Positions 37,833 through 50,462 of a stretch of DNA of 64,000 nucleotides are shown piece by piece. The notes beneath the pieces were generated by a model that worked only from the letters and a program-made list of their open reading frames with translations, had not been told where the DNA came from and did not search any database. The translations under genes were made by a program, and so were the position numbers. Each line of letters starts with the position of its first letter. Position 1 is the first letter of the stretch. The stretch is from contig OX597815.1 of assembly GCA_951406725.2 (NCBI GenBank), positions 123,194,001 to 123,258,000 of the forward strand, written 5' to 3'. This stretch comes from Octopus vulgaris. Its lineage: Eukaryota.

Positions 37833-39496
37833 CCCTTGCATAAAGGTGCTGGAAGAAAGAAGAGGGTTGTTCTCAGACTAGAGGCCAAGGACCAAAGAGA
37901 TATAGAGCTGATTTGAGTTTGCTTATTTATAGCCTTCCTAACCAAACTAGGTCAGGCTAAACAAAAGATTTTTTCCTCAGTATGAGTTTTGATGCATGTA
38001 TGATTTGTGAAAGGCTAAGAGGTCAGTTTACTCACATAAATTTCCTTGTGCAACAGGCAAGAATAATATGCAGAAGATCTGTAGGAATATGTATAAATCC
38101 TGGTTTAGAAATTTGGTAGCTATTTTCTACACTTATATATTGTCTTTTACTGTGGCCTCAGGCCAGCCAAAATCTTCTGCATGGATTTGCTAGATGGAAA
38201 CTAAAAGAAGCCCATCATGTGTGTGTGTGTGTGTGTGTGTGTGTTTATGTACACTTGCATACATATGACATCAACTGGTTTCTGTACAGTTTCCATTTAC
38301 CAAATTCGCTCATAACACATTGGTCAACCTGATACTTAAGCAGAAGTTATTTGCCTAAGATGCCATGTAGTGGGATTGAACCTGAAACCACATGGTTGCA
38401 AAGCAATCTTCTTAACCACATATCCATTCCTGTGCATTTTATATTGGAAAATACTTTTAAAATATTATCAAAATTAATATAAATCTTATATTTTGTAGAT
38501 AGATTTATGTCCTAGTATTATTTTTGTATCATTGCATGACATGCATTTATTTTTTTTGGGGGGCGGGGTAGCAAGTTAGTCAGAGGAAGAAGGCCAGTGA
38601 CCTTTGATGTGGTTGATGTTTAGCTTGAATATTTGCTTCAGGAAAATGTGGGCAGGGAGGGAATTTCAGGAGTGTTACTGCACTGAGGAGAAAGGACTGG
38701 GTGAAGTATTTAATGCAAGGTTTGGGGTTTGAGATAGAATGTAAGAAATGGGAGGAGGAAAGATGGTGGGTAGTGGTGGTGAGAGTTTATAGAGAATAAT
38801 ACTTCCAATGATGATGATAGGTACACGAGTTGAGTTGACTAATGATTCCTCCTCTCCCTCTTCCTCAAATTGTTATGGTTAAAATTTGACACTTTTTTTT
38901 TTATTATTTTAAATTAAATTAACATACCAATCTGTTTATGATTCCTAAATGTGAAGCAGATATTGTAGATTTGTTTCTGTTGTTTGTATACAGTGTAACA
39001 ACTCTCTTAACTTTTGTCTGTAGTGACATCAGTATCTACATACTTTATGTGTAAAAGAGGCGAGTTTTGGTGTAATGAAAGATGCTAAGTTTTGTGTGTA
39101 TGTATTTACATATACACAAGATCTTAGACCCCACTTGGAGTAAGCATGCTGTCCAGCAGAGCAAATAAAATTCTTTTCTTCTTCTTCCCTCTACCTTCCC
39201 CTCTTTTTCTTTAGCACTCATTCCAAATACAAAAGCACACACACACACACACACTTTCTCCTCATCCATCACCCTCTTGTACTGTCTTATATTCCTCTCC
39301 ACCACTACGAAGTCAATACCACTATAAAATGGTCAAAACTTTTCACACAGGAACTTAGTTTGATTTGAAAACCCCACTAGAATAGGAGAAAGCGCTAATA
39401 CATGATCTAAGTTATATGATGTATAAAAGATGTAATATACAAATAAATATCTATAAATATAAACCATCCGATTTTCTGAGTACCTCATTTCTTCTA

Positions 39497-39557
<61 letters not shown>

Positions 39558-39583
39558 TATACATACATATATATGTATATATA

Positions 39584-40629
39584 TTGATTGATTGATTGAT
39601 TCTAGTTTCAGCTCACGAGCTGTGGCCATGCTGGGGCACCGCCATTTGGTGTTGCTACATGGTTTTACTTCACGAATGCTTTTTAGCAACTGCTATTTGG
39701 TGCATGAGAGAGTTCGATGCAGCTGCCCTCATCTGCACCTCCTGCCGTGAAGTTGGTTCATCTGGGATACCTGACAAGAAGAGATCCAGTTTCATTTTAA
39801 AGACATCTGCATCCACCCCATGCAGGTCTCTTAGGTCCTTCGGAAGGATATTGAAGAGCTGTGGGCCTCGGAAGCCCAGGCTATCACAGTATCTTGTCCT
39901 ACATCTTGATGGCAAATTTGGAGTCCTTGGCACCACGCAGTGGCGCCCAGTTCTGGCATTTGTGTAACTCTCGATGCCAAAGTTTGGGACAAGTCCTTCC
40001 AGGATCTTCCAGATGTATATTATGGCATATCTTTCTCGCCTACGCTCCAAAGAATAGAGTTTTAATCTCTTGAGTCTTTCCCCAGTAGTTTATATTCTGC
40101 ACAGAGGCTATCTTCTTCGTGTAGCTACGTTGGATTGCCTCAAGTTCTGTGATCAACTTGACACTGGATGGTGACCATAGCTGAGAGCAATAGTCAAAGT
40201 GGCTTAGGACAAGTGTCTTCCAGAGGACCATCATGGTTTCTTGTACTCTTGTTCTAAAGGTTCTGAGAATCCATCCGGCCAGTCATCTACATTTCATTGC
40301 CAATTTAGCAACATGTACACGAAAGGTTGCATCATCACTCATGTAAATACCCAGGTCACGCACTGATTGTGCCTCTGGGATTGCAATTCCTCCGGGTCCA
40401 GTGTATTCATTGGGTATTGCATTTAGTTTTGCATGCTGATAGCATAAAGCTTGAAACTTTTCAGCATTGAACTGCATGCTATTCTTTTCAGCCCACTTGT
40501 ATATTTTGCCCAGCTCACATTGCAGGTGTTTAGTGTCCTCAGGGTTCTGTATTGCCTGTGAAACTTTTGTATCATCTGCATAACTTGTGATCGTGGCTCT
40601 CTGCGTGGCTGAGGGCATGTCTGAGGGCA
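39584..40629 (-). mobile_element. 5'-truncated CR1/L2-group LINE, a third and more distant family
   Basis: SYADDTKV, VRDLGI, LSHFDYCSQLWSP, ERRRERYAIIYIWKI spread across ORFs 40283-40867, 40040-40234 and 39670-40050. (TCAA)n tail. Confidence 0.9.
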
Positions 40630-40660
40630 TATATATGTATATATATATGTATATATATAT

Positions 40661-41052
40661 CACCTGTGTCGGTGGCACATAAAAAACACCATCTAAGCGT
40701 GGCCGTCTGCCAGCCTCGTCTGGCACCTGTGTCGGTGGCACATAAAAAACACCATCTAAGCGTGGCCGTCTGCCAGCCTCGTCTGGCACCTGTGTCGGTG
40801 GCACATAAAAAACACCATCCGAGCGTGGCCGTTCGCCAGCCTCGTCTGGCACCTGTGTCGGTGCCACATAAAATCACCCACTACACTCTCGGAGTGGTTG
40901 GCGTTAGAAAGGGCATCCAGCTGTAGAAACACTGCCAGATCTGACTGGCCTGGTGCAGCCTTCAGGCTCCCCAGACCCCAGTTGAACCGTCCAACCCATG
41001 CTAGCATGGAAAGCGGACATTAAACGATGATGATGATGATGATGATGATGAT
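40661..41052 (+). mobile_element. Young RTE 3'UTR fragment with three near-perfect 62-bp repeats
   Basis: CACCTGTGTCGGTGGCACATAAAAAACACCATCTAAGCGTGGCCGTCTGCCAGCCTCGTCTGG x3, then the RTE terminus and (GAT)n. Confidence 0.88.
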
Positions 41053-41409
41053 GTATATATGTATATATATATATATGTATATATGTATATATATATGTAT
41101 ATATATATATATATGTATATATGTATATATATGTATATATATATATATGTATATATGTATATATATATATGTATATATATATGTATATATATATATGTAT
41201 ATATATATATGTATATATATATATGTATATATGTATATATATATGTATATATATATGTATATATATATGTATATATGTATATATATATGTATATATGTAT
41301 ATATATATATATATGTATATATATATGTATGTATATATGTATATATATATGTATATATATATGTATGTATATATGTATATATATATGTATATATATATGT
41401 ATATATGTA

Positions 41410-41477
<68 letters not shown>

Positions 41478-41682
41478 TATATGTATGTATGTATATATGT
41501 ATGTATATATGTATATATGTATGTATATATGTATATATGTATATATGTATGTATATATGTATATATATATGTATATATGTATGTATATATGTATATATGT
41601 ATGTATATATGTATATATGTATATATATATGTATATATGTATATATATATGTGTATATATATATATATGTGTATATATATAT
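41052..41682. repeat. Compound (TA)n/(TATG)n microsatellite
   Basis: Direct inspection. Confidence 0.97.
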
Positions 41683-43501
41683 ACTTTGATACTTTGATAC
41701 TTTGATAGGTTTTGGCCATTATTGGCCCAGGCCATGTCTAACTTAATAGCACCACCTGGTGAAGTCTTTCAAGTCAGAATTTGGGCACTATGGCCCACTC
41801 AAGTAGAGAGTTATTGTTTACAGAGACATATCCAGGTGTAGGGGGTTTATCCGGGATTTCTTGAAGGAATCTGTCCAAAGACTTCTTGAACCCTATAGGG
41901 TCAGTTTCTGTTTTAATGTGTTTTGGTGTAATGTTAAAGAGAGCGGGGCCAATTGAGGTGAAATAATTGTGCCGTATTGTTGTTATGAGATGAGAGTGCG
42001 ATTTTTGTTTTGGACGGATGGCACGGGGCCCAAGCCTTGGATGTACCTTAAAGGTGATACCAACATCATTTGGGCAATGCTGATGGAATATTTTCCACAT
42101 CATGCAGATGATGTAGCGCTCACGACGACGTTGGAGAGAATAGAGTTTTAGCTTTTCTAGCCGACCCCAATAGTCGAGGCCTGTCATGCCATCTATCTTT
42201 TTTGTGATTGCCCTTTGAGGTGCTTCAACTTTTATGATACCTTGTATTGTGTGGGGAGACCACAGTGGACAACAGTATTCAAGGTGGGGTCGGGCAAAAG
42301 TGGAGAAGAGAAGGATAATGGTGTGGATATCTCTCGACTGGAAAGTTCTGAGAATCCAGGAACACATTCTGCGGGCCATGTCAACTTTGGTGTTTATATG
42401 AGTGGCCCAGCTTACGTTGTTGTCCACAATTACTCCCAAGTCTCTGATGTTGTTGGACGCCGCGAGAGTTTCACCTGAAGGAAGGGAGTATGGGAGTTTC
42501 AGGGCATCCTCTTTTCCAAAGTGGATTAGCTCAAATTTATCCTCGTTCAGCAGCATATTGTTTTTTTCTGCCCATTGGATAACAGCCAGTAGATCTGACT
42601 GAAGGCATGTCCGGTCACTCGCCTCATTTATGACCTTCTGTAGCTTGGAGTCATCTGCAAAGATTTTTATGTTGCTGTGCTTGATGATGTCATTAATGTC
42701 ATTAATGTAAATGATGAAAAGAAGTGGGCCCAGCACAGTGCCTTGCGGAACGCCACTACTGACTTTGGCTGGGCTTGATTTTACCCCTTCAACTACAACA
42801 TGTTGAGATCTGTCTGTCAGGAAACACTTAATCCATTTCAGTAACTTTCCAGAGACACCAATGTTGGATAGTTTTTTCAATAGGATCTTGTGATCGACCC
42901 TGTCGAAGGCCTTACTGAAATCAAGGTAGATGACATCGGTGTTGGAGCCCTCTCCCAAAGCTCTCAAAATGTCCTCAAAGTGATGCAGGAGCTGCGTTAG
43001 GCAGTCCCTTCCATTACGGAACCCATGTTGGTTGGAGATCAGCCGTCTGTTGCTTTCCAGAAATTGGGTTATTCGAGATCTCACCACCCTCTCAAATACC
43101 TTGATGATATGAGAGGTGAGTGAGATCGGACGGTAATTCACTGCAAGGGACTTGTTTCCCTTTTTGAAAACTGGGACAACAGACTGGGACAGAAGGTTTT
43201 TTGGAATATAGCCAGCATCCAGTGAGTTTCTCCACAGATTAGCAAGGGGAGATGCAAGTTGGTGTCGACACACCTTCAGGACACAAGCAGGGAACCTATC
43301 GGGGCCTACTGCTGAATTGTGTTTTATTTCGTTTATCGCCGCTAAGACATCAGGGGCACTAAACGTTATGTCCGATATAGTGTGTTGGGGGTTGACATCA
43401 CTGATACAGCCCAGATCGGCCATATCAGGATTGCTGAAAACAGAGCAGTATTGTTTCTGCAGTATCTCGGCCATGGATTTGGCATTATCTTGGAGAGTGC
43501 C
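41682..43501 (-). mobile_element. 5'-truncated CR1/L2-group LINE with uninterrupted reverse-transcriptase ORF (41774-43474, 566 aa)
   Basis: YRPISLTS, QHGFR, YLDFSKAFDRVDH, GVPQGTVLGPLLF, FADD, RDLGV, RPHLEYC, LYSLQRRRER. Short 3'UTR and an 8-bp tail (TATCAAAG)x3. No endonuclease domain present. Confidence 0.93.
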
Positions 43502-43766
43502 ATATATATATATGTGTATATATATATATATATGTGTATATATATATATATATGTTTATATATATATATATATGTTTATATATATATATATATGTGTATA
43601 TATATATATGTGTATATATATATATATATGTGTATATATATATATGTGTATATATATATATGTGTATATATATATATGTGTATATATATATATGTGTATA
43701 TATATATGTATATATATGTATATGTATATATATATGTATATATATATATATGTATATATATATATA
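43502..43766. repeat. Compound (TA)n/(TG) microsatellite
   Basis: Direct inspection. Confidence 0.97.
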
Positions 43767-44978
43767 ACTTAGAATAACTTAGAAAGGTTTTGGCCAGTAT
43801 TAGCCCAGGCCATGTCTAACTTAATAGCACCACCTGGCGAAGTCTTTCAGTTCAGGATTTGGGCACCAAGGCCCATTCGAGCAGAGAGTTATTGTTTGCG
43901 GAGACATATCCGGGTGTGGGTGGTTTGTCCTGTACTGTTTGAAGGAATTTGTCCAAAGACTTCTTGAATTTTGTGTGGTCAGTTTCTTTTTTGACGTGTC
44001 CTGGTGTAGTGTTGGAGAGAGCGGGTCTAATTGAGGTGAAATAGTTGCGCCGTATTGTCGTTATGTGATGTGATTTAGATTTTTGTTGTGGACGGATGGC
44101 ACGTGGTCCAAGCCTTGGATGTATTTTGAAGGTGATGCCAACATCATTCGGACAGTGCCGATGGAATATTTTCCACATCATACAGATAATGTAGCGTTCA
44201 CAGCGTCATTGGAGTGAATACAATTTCAGCTTCTCTAGTCTACCCCAGTAGTCAAGGTCTGACATGCCATCTATCTTTTTTGTGATTGACCTTAGGGGAG
44301 CTTCAATTCTCATAATATTTTGTTTTGTGTAGGGAGACCACAGTGGACAGCAGTATTCAAGGTGGGGTCGGGCAAAAGTGGAGAAGAGAAGGATAATAGT
44401 GTGGGAATCTCTCGACTGGAAGGTTCTGAGAATCCAGGAACACATTCTGCGGGCCATGTCAGCTTTGCTGCTTATATGTGTAGCCCAGCTTATGTTGTTG
44501 TCCACTGTTACTCCCAAGTCTCTGATGTTGTTGGATGCCATGAGAATTTCTCCAGAAGGAAGAGAGTATGGGAGTTTCAGAGCATCCTCCCTTCCAAAGT
44601 GGATCAGTTCGAATTTGTCTTCATTTAGCAACATGTTATTCTTTTCCGCCCATTGGACAACAGCCAGTAGTTCTGATTGAAGGTTTATTCAGTCATCCAT
44701 GCCATTGATGACCTTCTGGAGCTTGGAATCATCAGCGAAGGTTCTGATGTTACTGTGTTTGATGGTGTCAGTAATATCATTTATGTAGATGATGAAGAGA
44801 AGTGGGCCCAACACTGCCTTGTGGGACACCACTGCTGACTTTGGCTGGGCTGGATTTGACTCCTTCGACTACAACATGTTGGGTTCTGTTAGACAGGAAG
44901 CACTTGATCCACTGCAGCAGCTTTCCAGTGACACCAATATTGGACAGCTTTCTCAGAAGGATCTTATGATCAACCCTG
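43767..44978 (-). mobile_element. 5'-truncated CR1/L2-group LINE, sister subfamily of the 41.7 kb copy
   Basis: [15 protein letters not shown]...GVPQG...FADD...NNSLLEWALVPKS, with a frameshift near 44810 and a stop at 44206. Near-identical 3'UTR; tail TTCTAAGTTATTCTAAGTT. Confidence 0.9.
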
Positions 44979-45357
44979 TATATATGTATATGTATACATA
45001 TGTATATATATATATATGTATACATATGTATATATATATATATATATATGTATACATATGTATATATATATGTATACATATGTATATATATACATGTATA
45101 TATATACATATACATATATATATATATGTATACATATGTATATATATACCTGTATATATATACATATACATATGTATGTATATATATATATATGTATACA
45201 TATGTATATATATACATGTATATATATACATATACATATGTATGTATATATATATATGTATACATATGTATATATATACATGTATACATATACATATGTA
45301 TGTATATATATATATGTATACATATGTATATATATACATGTATACATATGTATATAT

Positions 45358-45405
<48 letters not shown>

Positions 45406-45464
45406 ATATATACATATGTATATATATATATGTATACATACATATATATATATATATATATGTA
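44978..45464. repeat. Compound TA microsatellite with TGTATACATA units
   Basis: Direct inspection. Confidence 0.97.
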
Positions 45465-46755
45465 CGAGGGACGTTCAATAAGTAATGTCTCTGACCCACT
45501 TCCAGGTGTTTGATCTAGTTGAAATTTTGCATGTGCAATTACTTTTATCTCTATAGATTAGGTGGCAAATTACAGCTCTGAACTAATTATGGCTTCTGAT
45601 TTACAGGTGTTTGAACTGAGTCAAGTGTGGAATGGAGCCTGTTGAGTGTCAAGCAGTGATCCGGTTTTTGTATTTGAAAGGACGCACACCATGGGAGACT
45701 TTTGATGAAATGAAAGTAACTTATGGTGATGATGCCCCATCATATGACCTTGTAAAACGCTGGTATCGTGAATTCAAACATGGCTGGAACTCTGTGGAAA
45801 CAGCTCCCAGATCTGGTCGACCCCCTTCTGCCATTGATGAGGCATCTGTCCGTCAAGTTGAGGCTGCCATTTTGGAAGATCGACGCATAACTATTCGCCA
45901 AATAGCCCATGAGGTCAAGATTAGTACCGGGTCAGTGGAAACTATCATTCATGACCATTTGCATATACAAAAGGTGTCTGCCAGATGGATTCCCAGGTTG
46001 CTCACACCTTTCCAGAAGCAAGAACGCGTCGAGTGCTCGAGGATGAATTTGGAGACGTACCAAGAAGATGAGTCAAACTTTTTCAAAAGACTGATTACAC
46101 AGGATGAAACCTGGGTCCATCACTATGATCCAGAGACCAAAGCCCAGTCAATGCAGTGGAAGCACCGTGACTCACCTCCTCCAAAGAAGGCAAGGGTGCA
46201 GCCTTCTGCTGGCAAGGTCATGCTCACAGTCTTCTGGGACCAGGACAGAGTAGTGATGACAGATTTCCTGGCAAAGGGTACCACAATTACAGGAGCCTAT
46301 TATGCTTCACTTATGAGGAAATTAAGAGAAGCTATCAAAATCAAGAGGCGGGGCAAGATCAGCGAAGGCATCCTCCTCCTGCAGGACAACGCTCCGGTCC
46401 ACAACTCGCGTGTCACCAGATCAGAAGCACAGGCGTGCGGCTATGAACTCCTCCCCCACCCCCCTACTCTCCTGACCTTGCACCCTCTGATTTTCACCTC
46501 TTCCCAGCCATGAAGTTGTTTTTGAAAGGAAAGCATTTCCCAGATGATGCAGCCTTGATTTCTAAAGTCACGTCGTGGATGGAGGACCAAGCTGGGGTCT
46601 TTTACAAAAACGGTCTCCAAAACTGGATCAAACGATGGGAGAAATGCATAACTCTGAGTGGTTCCTATGTAGAAAAAGACCAATAACTGTGGCAAGTTCC
46701 GTTGCTCTACTGGTATGGGAAGTGGGTCAGGGGCATTACTTATTGAACGCTCCTC

Positions 46756-46756
<1 letters not shown>
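45465..46756 (+). mobile_element. Full-length mariner transposon (DD34D, irritans-like), 1292 bp
   Basis: TIRs CGAGGGACGTTCAATAAGTAATGTCTCTGACCCACTTCC (left) and reverse-complement CGAGGAGCGTTCAATAAGTAATGCCCCTGACCCACTTCC (right), flanked by TA. Internal transposase present. Confidence 0.95.
45632..46686 (+). pseudogene. Mariner transposase with a single 1-bp frameshift
   Basis: Motifs RSGRP, WIPRLL, ITQDETW, LLLQDNAPVH. After a C-run near 46460 the shifted frame gives [13 protein letters not shown]...[17 protein letters not shown]. There are 34 residues between the 2nd and 3rd Asp. Confidence 0.92.
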
Positions 46757-46809
<53 letters not shown>

Positions 46810-46810
46810 G

Positions 46811-46848
<38 letters not shown>

Positions 46849-46876
46849 TATGTATGTATATATATACATGTATATG

Positions 46877-46913
<37 letters not shown>

Positions 46914-47346
46914 GTATGTATATATATATATATACATATGTATGTATGTATATATATATATACATATATATGTATGTATATATATATACATATATATGTA
47001 TGTATATATATATATATACATATATATGTATGTATGTATATATATATATACATATATATGTATGTATATATATATATACATATATATGTATGTATATATA
47101 TATATACATATATATGTATGTATGTATATATATATATACATATATATGTATGTATGTATATATATATATATACATATATATGTATGTATGTATATATATA
47201 TATATACATATATATGTATGTATGTATATATATATATATACATATATATGTATGTATGTATATATATATATACATATATATGTATGTATATATATATATA
47301 TACATATATATGTATATATATATATATACATATATATGTATGTATG

Positions 47347-47377
<31 letters not shown>

Positions 47378-47822
47378 ATATATATATATACATATATATG
47401 TATGTATATATATATATACATATATATGTATGTATGTATATATATATATACATATATATGTATGTATATATATATATATACATATATATGTATGTATGTA
47501 TATATATATATACATATATATGTATGTATGTATATATATATATACATATATATGTATGTATGTATATATATATATACATATATATGTATGTATGTATATA
47601 TATATATATACATATATATGTATGTATGTATATATATATATACATATATATGTATGTATATATATATATACATATGTATGTATATATATATATACATACA
47701 TATGTATGTATATATATATATACATATATATGTATGTATATATATATATATACATACATATGTATGTATATATATATATACATATATATGTATGTATATA
47801 TATATATACATACATATGTATG

Positions 47823-47855
<33 letters not shown>

Positions 47856-47936
47856 ATATATATATACATATATATGTATGTATATATATATATATACATA
47901 TATATGTATGTATATATATATATATACATATATATG

Positions 47937-47984
<48 letters not shown>

Positions 47985-48476
47985 CATATATATGTATGTA
48001 TATATATATATATACATATATATGTATGTATATATATATACATATATATGTATGTATATATATATATACATATGTATGTATATATATATATACATATGTA
48101 TATATATATATATATACATATGTATGTATATATATACATACGTATGTATATATATATACATATGTATGTATATATATACATATGTATGTATATATATATA
48201 TACATATGTATGTATATATATACATACGTATGTATATATATATACATACGTATGTATATATATACATACGTATGTATATATATATATATACGTATGTATA
48301 TATATATATATACGTATGTATATATATATATATACGTATGTATATATATATATATACGTATGTATATATATATATATATACATATGTATGTATATATATA
48401 TATATATACATATACATATACATATGTGTATATGTATATATACATGTATATATATATACATATGTATATATGTATA
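46757..48476. repeat. 1.7-kb compound TA microsatellite with higher-order 24-30 bp units
   Basis: Repeating (TA)5-7 CA (TA)3 TG (TATG)1-2 units, with CATACGTATG variants at the distal end. Confidence 0.97.
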
Positions 48477-48815
48477 CCGATGCCAGCGCCGCCTCGACTG
48501 GCTTCCGTGTCGGTGGCACGTAGAAAGCACCATCCGAATTGTAGCCGAAGCCAGTGCCGCCTCGACTGGCTTCCATAAAATGCACCAATCCGACTGTGGC
48601 CGATGCCAGCCTCGCCTGGCACCAGTGCAGGTGGCACATAAAAAGCACCCACTAGACTCACGGAGTGGTTGGCGTTAGGAAGGGCATCCAGCTGTAGAAA
48701 CGTTGCCAGATAAGACCGGAGCCTGGTGCAGCCTTCTGGCTTCCCAGATCCCTGGTCGAACCGTCCAACCCATGCTAGCATCGAGAACGGACGTTAAACG
48801 ATGATGATGATGATG
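48476..48815 (+). mobile_element. Young RTE 3'UTR fragment
   Basis: CpG-rich copy of the same 3'UTR, ending GGACGTTAAAC(GAT)n. Confidence 0.85.
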
Positions 48816-48841
48816 ATATATATACATATATATATATATAT

Positions 48842-48910
<69 letters not shown>

Positions 48911-49455
48911 CATATCTCTATATATAAAACTGAAATGCGTTTTTACTGCTTGGACTGTGATGAACAATTTCAAGCAAAATAATCATTAATAAATATAATT
49001 TATATAGATTTATAAGTTTCATTTTACTCTCTTCTGTTTGTAATCATTCACTGTTCACAATTATTGCAAATGATTTATTGTGTTGGAAAGGACTGGTCCT
49101 ATAGCCTTCAGAGACACTTTGTGACTGGTGAGATGGATTGATGTACTTATTAAATAAGTATAAGGTAAAAAAAAAAAGGACACTGGGGTGGGAGCACAGA
49201 AAAGTGACATTCTGAGAAGTATATGATTAAACATAGTAGTAGGAGTTGGCACAGTATGGAGGACTAGAAATGAATGAGGTGGCTGAGCCACAACTATCTG
49301 AATTTATAAATGCATAATTTAAATAACATGTCAATTACTGCTAAAGCTTTCCTTTGATTTGAGTAATGAGCTCAGCATTTTTCTTTTGACAATAAAATAG
49401 ATTGTCTTTAGTCTTTAACAGCTGTTTTCATCTGAATGTATTAATTATATTATAG

Positions 49456-49645
49456 GTTAACTTTTTACGTTCTACGTTGCCACACATGAATAAAAGCAAT
49501 GAAATAAATCAATTAGAAGAACTTTTGTCCATACTCCCAGCCATCCAAACACCAACTTTGACTATCCAGCCATCAACTCCTACCTCAATCACACCTTCTC
49601 ATACACCTCCTGGTACACCTAGCAGTCAACGGAAAACCAACCGAG
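49456..49645 (+). CDS. GAPVD1: GAPVD1 coding exon 3 (VNFLRSTLPH...LEELLSILP...TPPGTPSSQRKTNR)
   Basis: tatag|GTT...CGA G|gtaagt, 190 nt, phase 0-1. Homologous to human VNFMKSV...LDNLLANLP...TPQLSPATTP. Confidence 0.92.
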
Positions 49646-50261
49646 GTAAGTCTCAATTTTGCAAACAAAGTTACACTTTCATGCAGTTGTGAAGTCCCTG
49701 TGTGTGTGTGTGTGTGTATTTTTAAGAAAACAAGTAACTTGGTTATCATGGTTAATGATCATTTTGACCATATGAAGGTTAAAAAGTGAAGGGGGAAATA
49801 AAGATGGCAGAATGGTTCAAAACAGAAAATGTTTTGGACAGGAAGTATTAAGCAACAGTGTTAGTATGATATGTAAGTTTAACACACAGTAATAGTGAGA
49901 GGAAAGGAAACTGTTAATCTCATGTGTGAACTGACAGGAAAAGAAGCAATCATGTTAGTATGGTGTGTAAGTTTAAGAGACAATAATGGTAACAAATCTG
50001 TTGGTTTTAACTGATATATTTATAATGATCTTTGTTTTGTCTTTTGTTTTTATTTTATTTGCAGTTATACTGAATATTATTATTGTGCTTATTATTTATG
50101 TATTTCAGAATTTCATTTCTGTTGAATCTAAATAAAGCGAAAGCAAATATTTTTTTTAAAGACACTATATTACATTTATTGAACTTTTCTCAGAATTTAA
50201 TCATTTATCACTCTTGCTATTTATCTTCGTTGTGTATCACCAAGAAACTTTCTTTTGGCAG

Positions 50262-50425
50262 CTCATAAGAAAAAAATGTCTCTCACCAACACTGAGGATG
50301 TGACTGTAAGCAGTGCTAATGTAGAGCAAAGCCATATTGATGGCAGTGCTGATTTACTTGAAGATGTCTTGGTCTTTTCTTTGGGAGTAACCAGTGAGTG
50401 TCCTGGAATGCTGCCAGAATGTAAA
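50262..50425 (+). CDS. GAPVD1: GAPVD1 coding exon 4 (AHKKKMSL...EDVLVFSLGVTSECPGMLPECK)
   Basis: ttttggcag|CT...AAA|gtaagt, 164 nt, phase 1-0. EDVLVFSLG..PGM matches human EEVLVISLG..PGMMSE. Confidence 0.9.
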
Positions 50426-50462
50426 GTAAGTTTATTTTTATATATTTTATTTATTGCTTTGT

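Noticed and set aside
40661-40880. CRISPR-like repeat-spacer appearance (also 7000-7320 and 59551-59730)
   Set aside because: Spacers are homologous or identical to each other, the arrays are part of RTE 3'UTRs, there are no cas genes, and the context is a eukaryotic intron.
46441-48781. Very long Y/I/M/C/V/H/T-rich ORFs (also 35598-36097, 36728-37945, 40904-41735, 43317-43777, 44777-45513)
   Set aside because: They are translations of stop-free TA/TG microsatellites, open in most frames on both strands.
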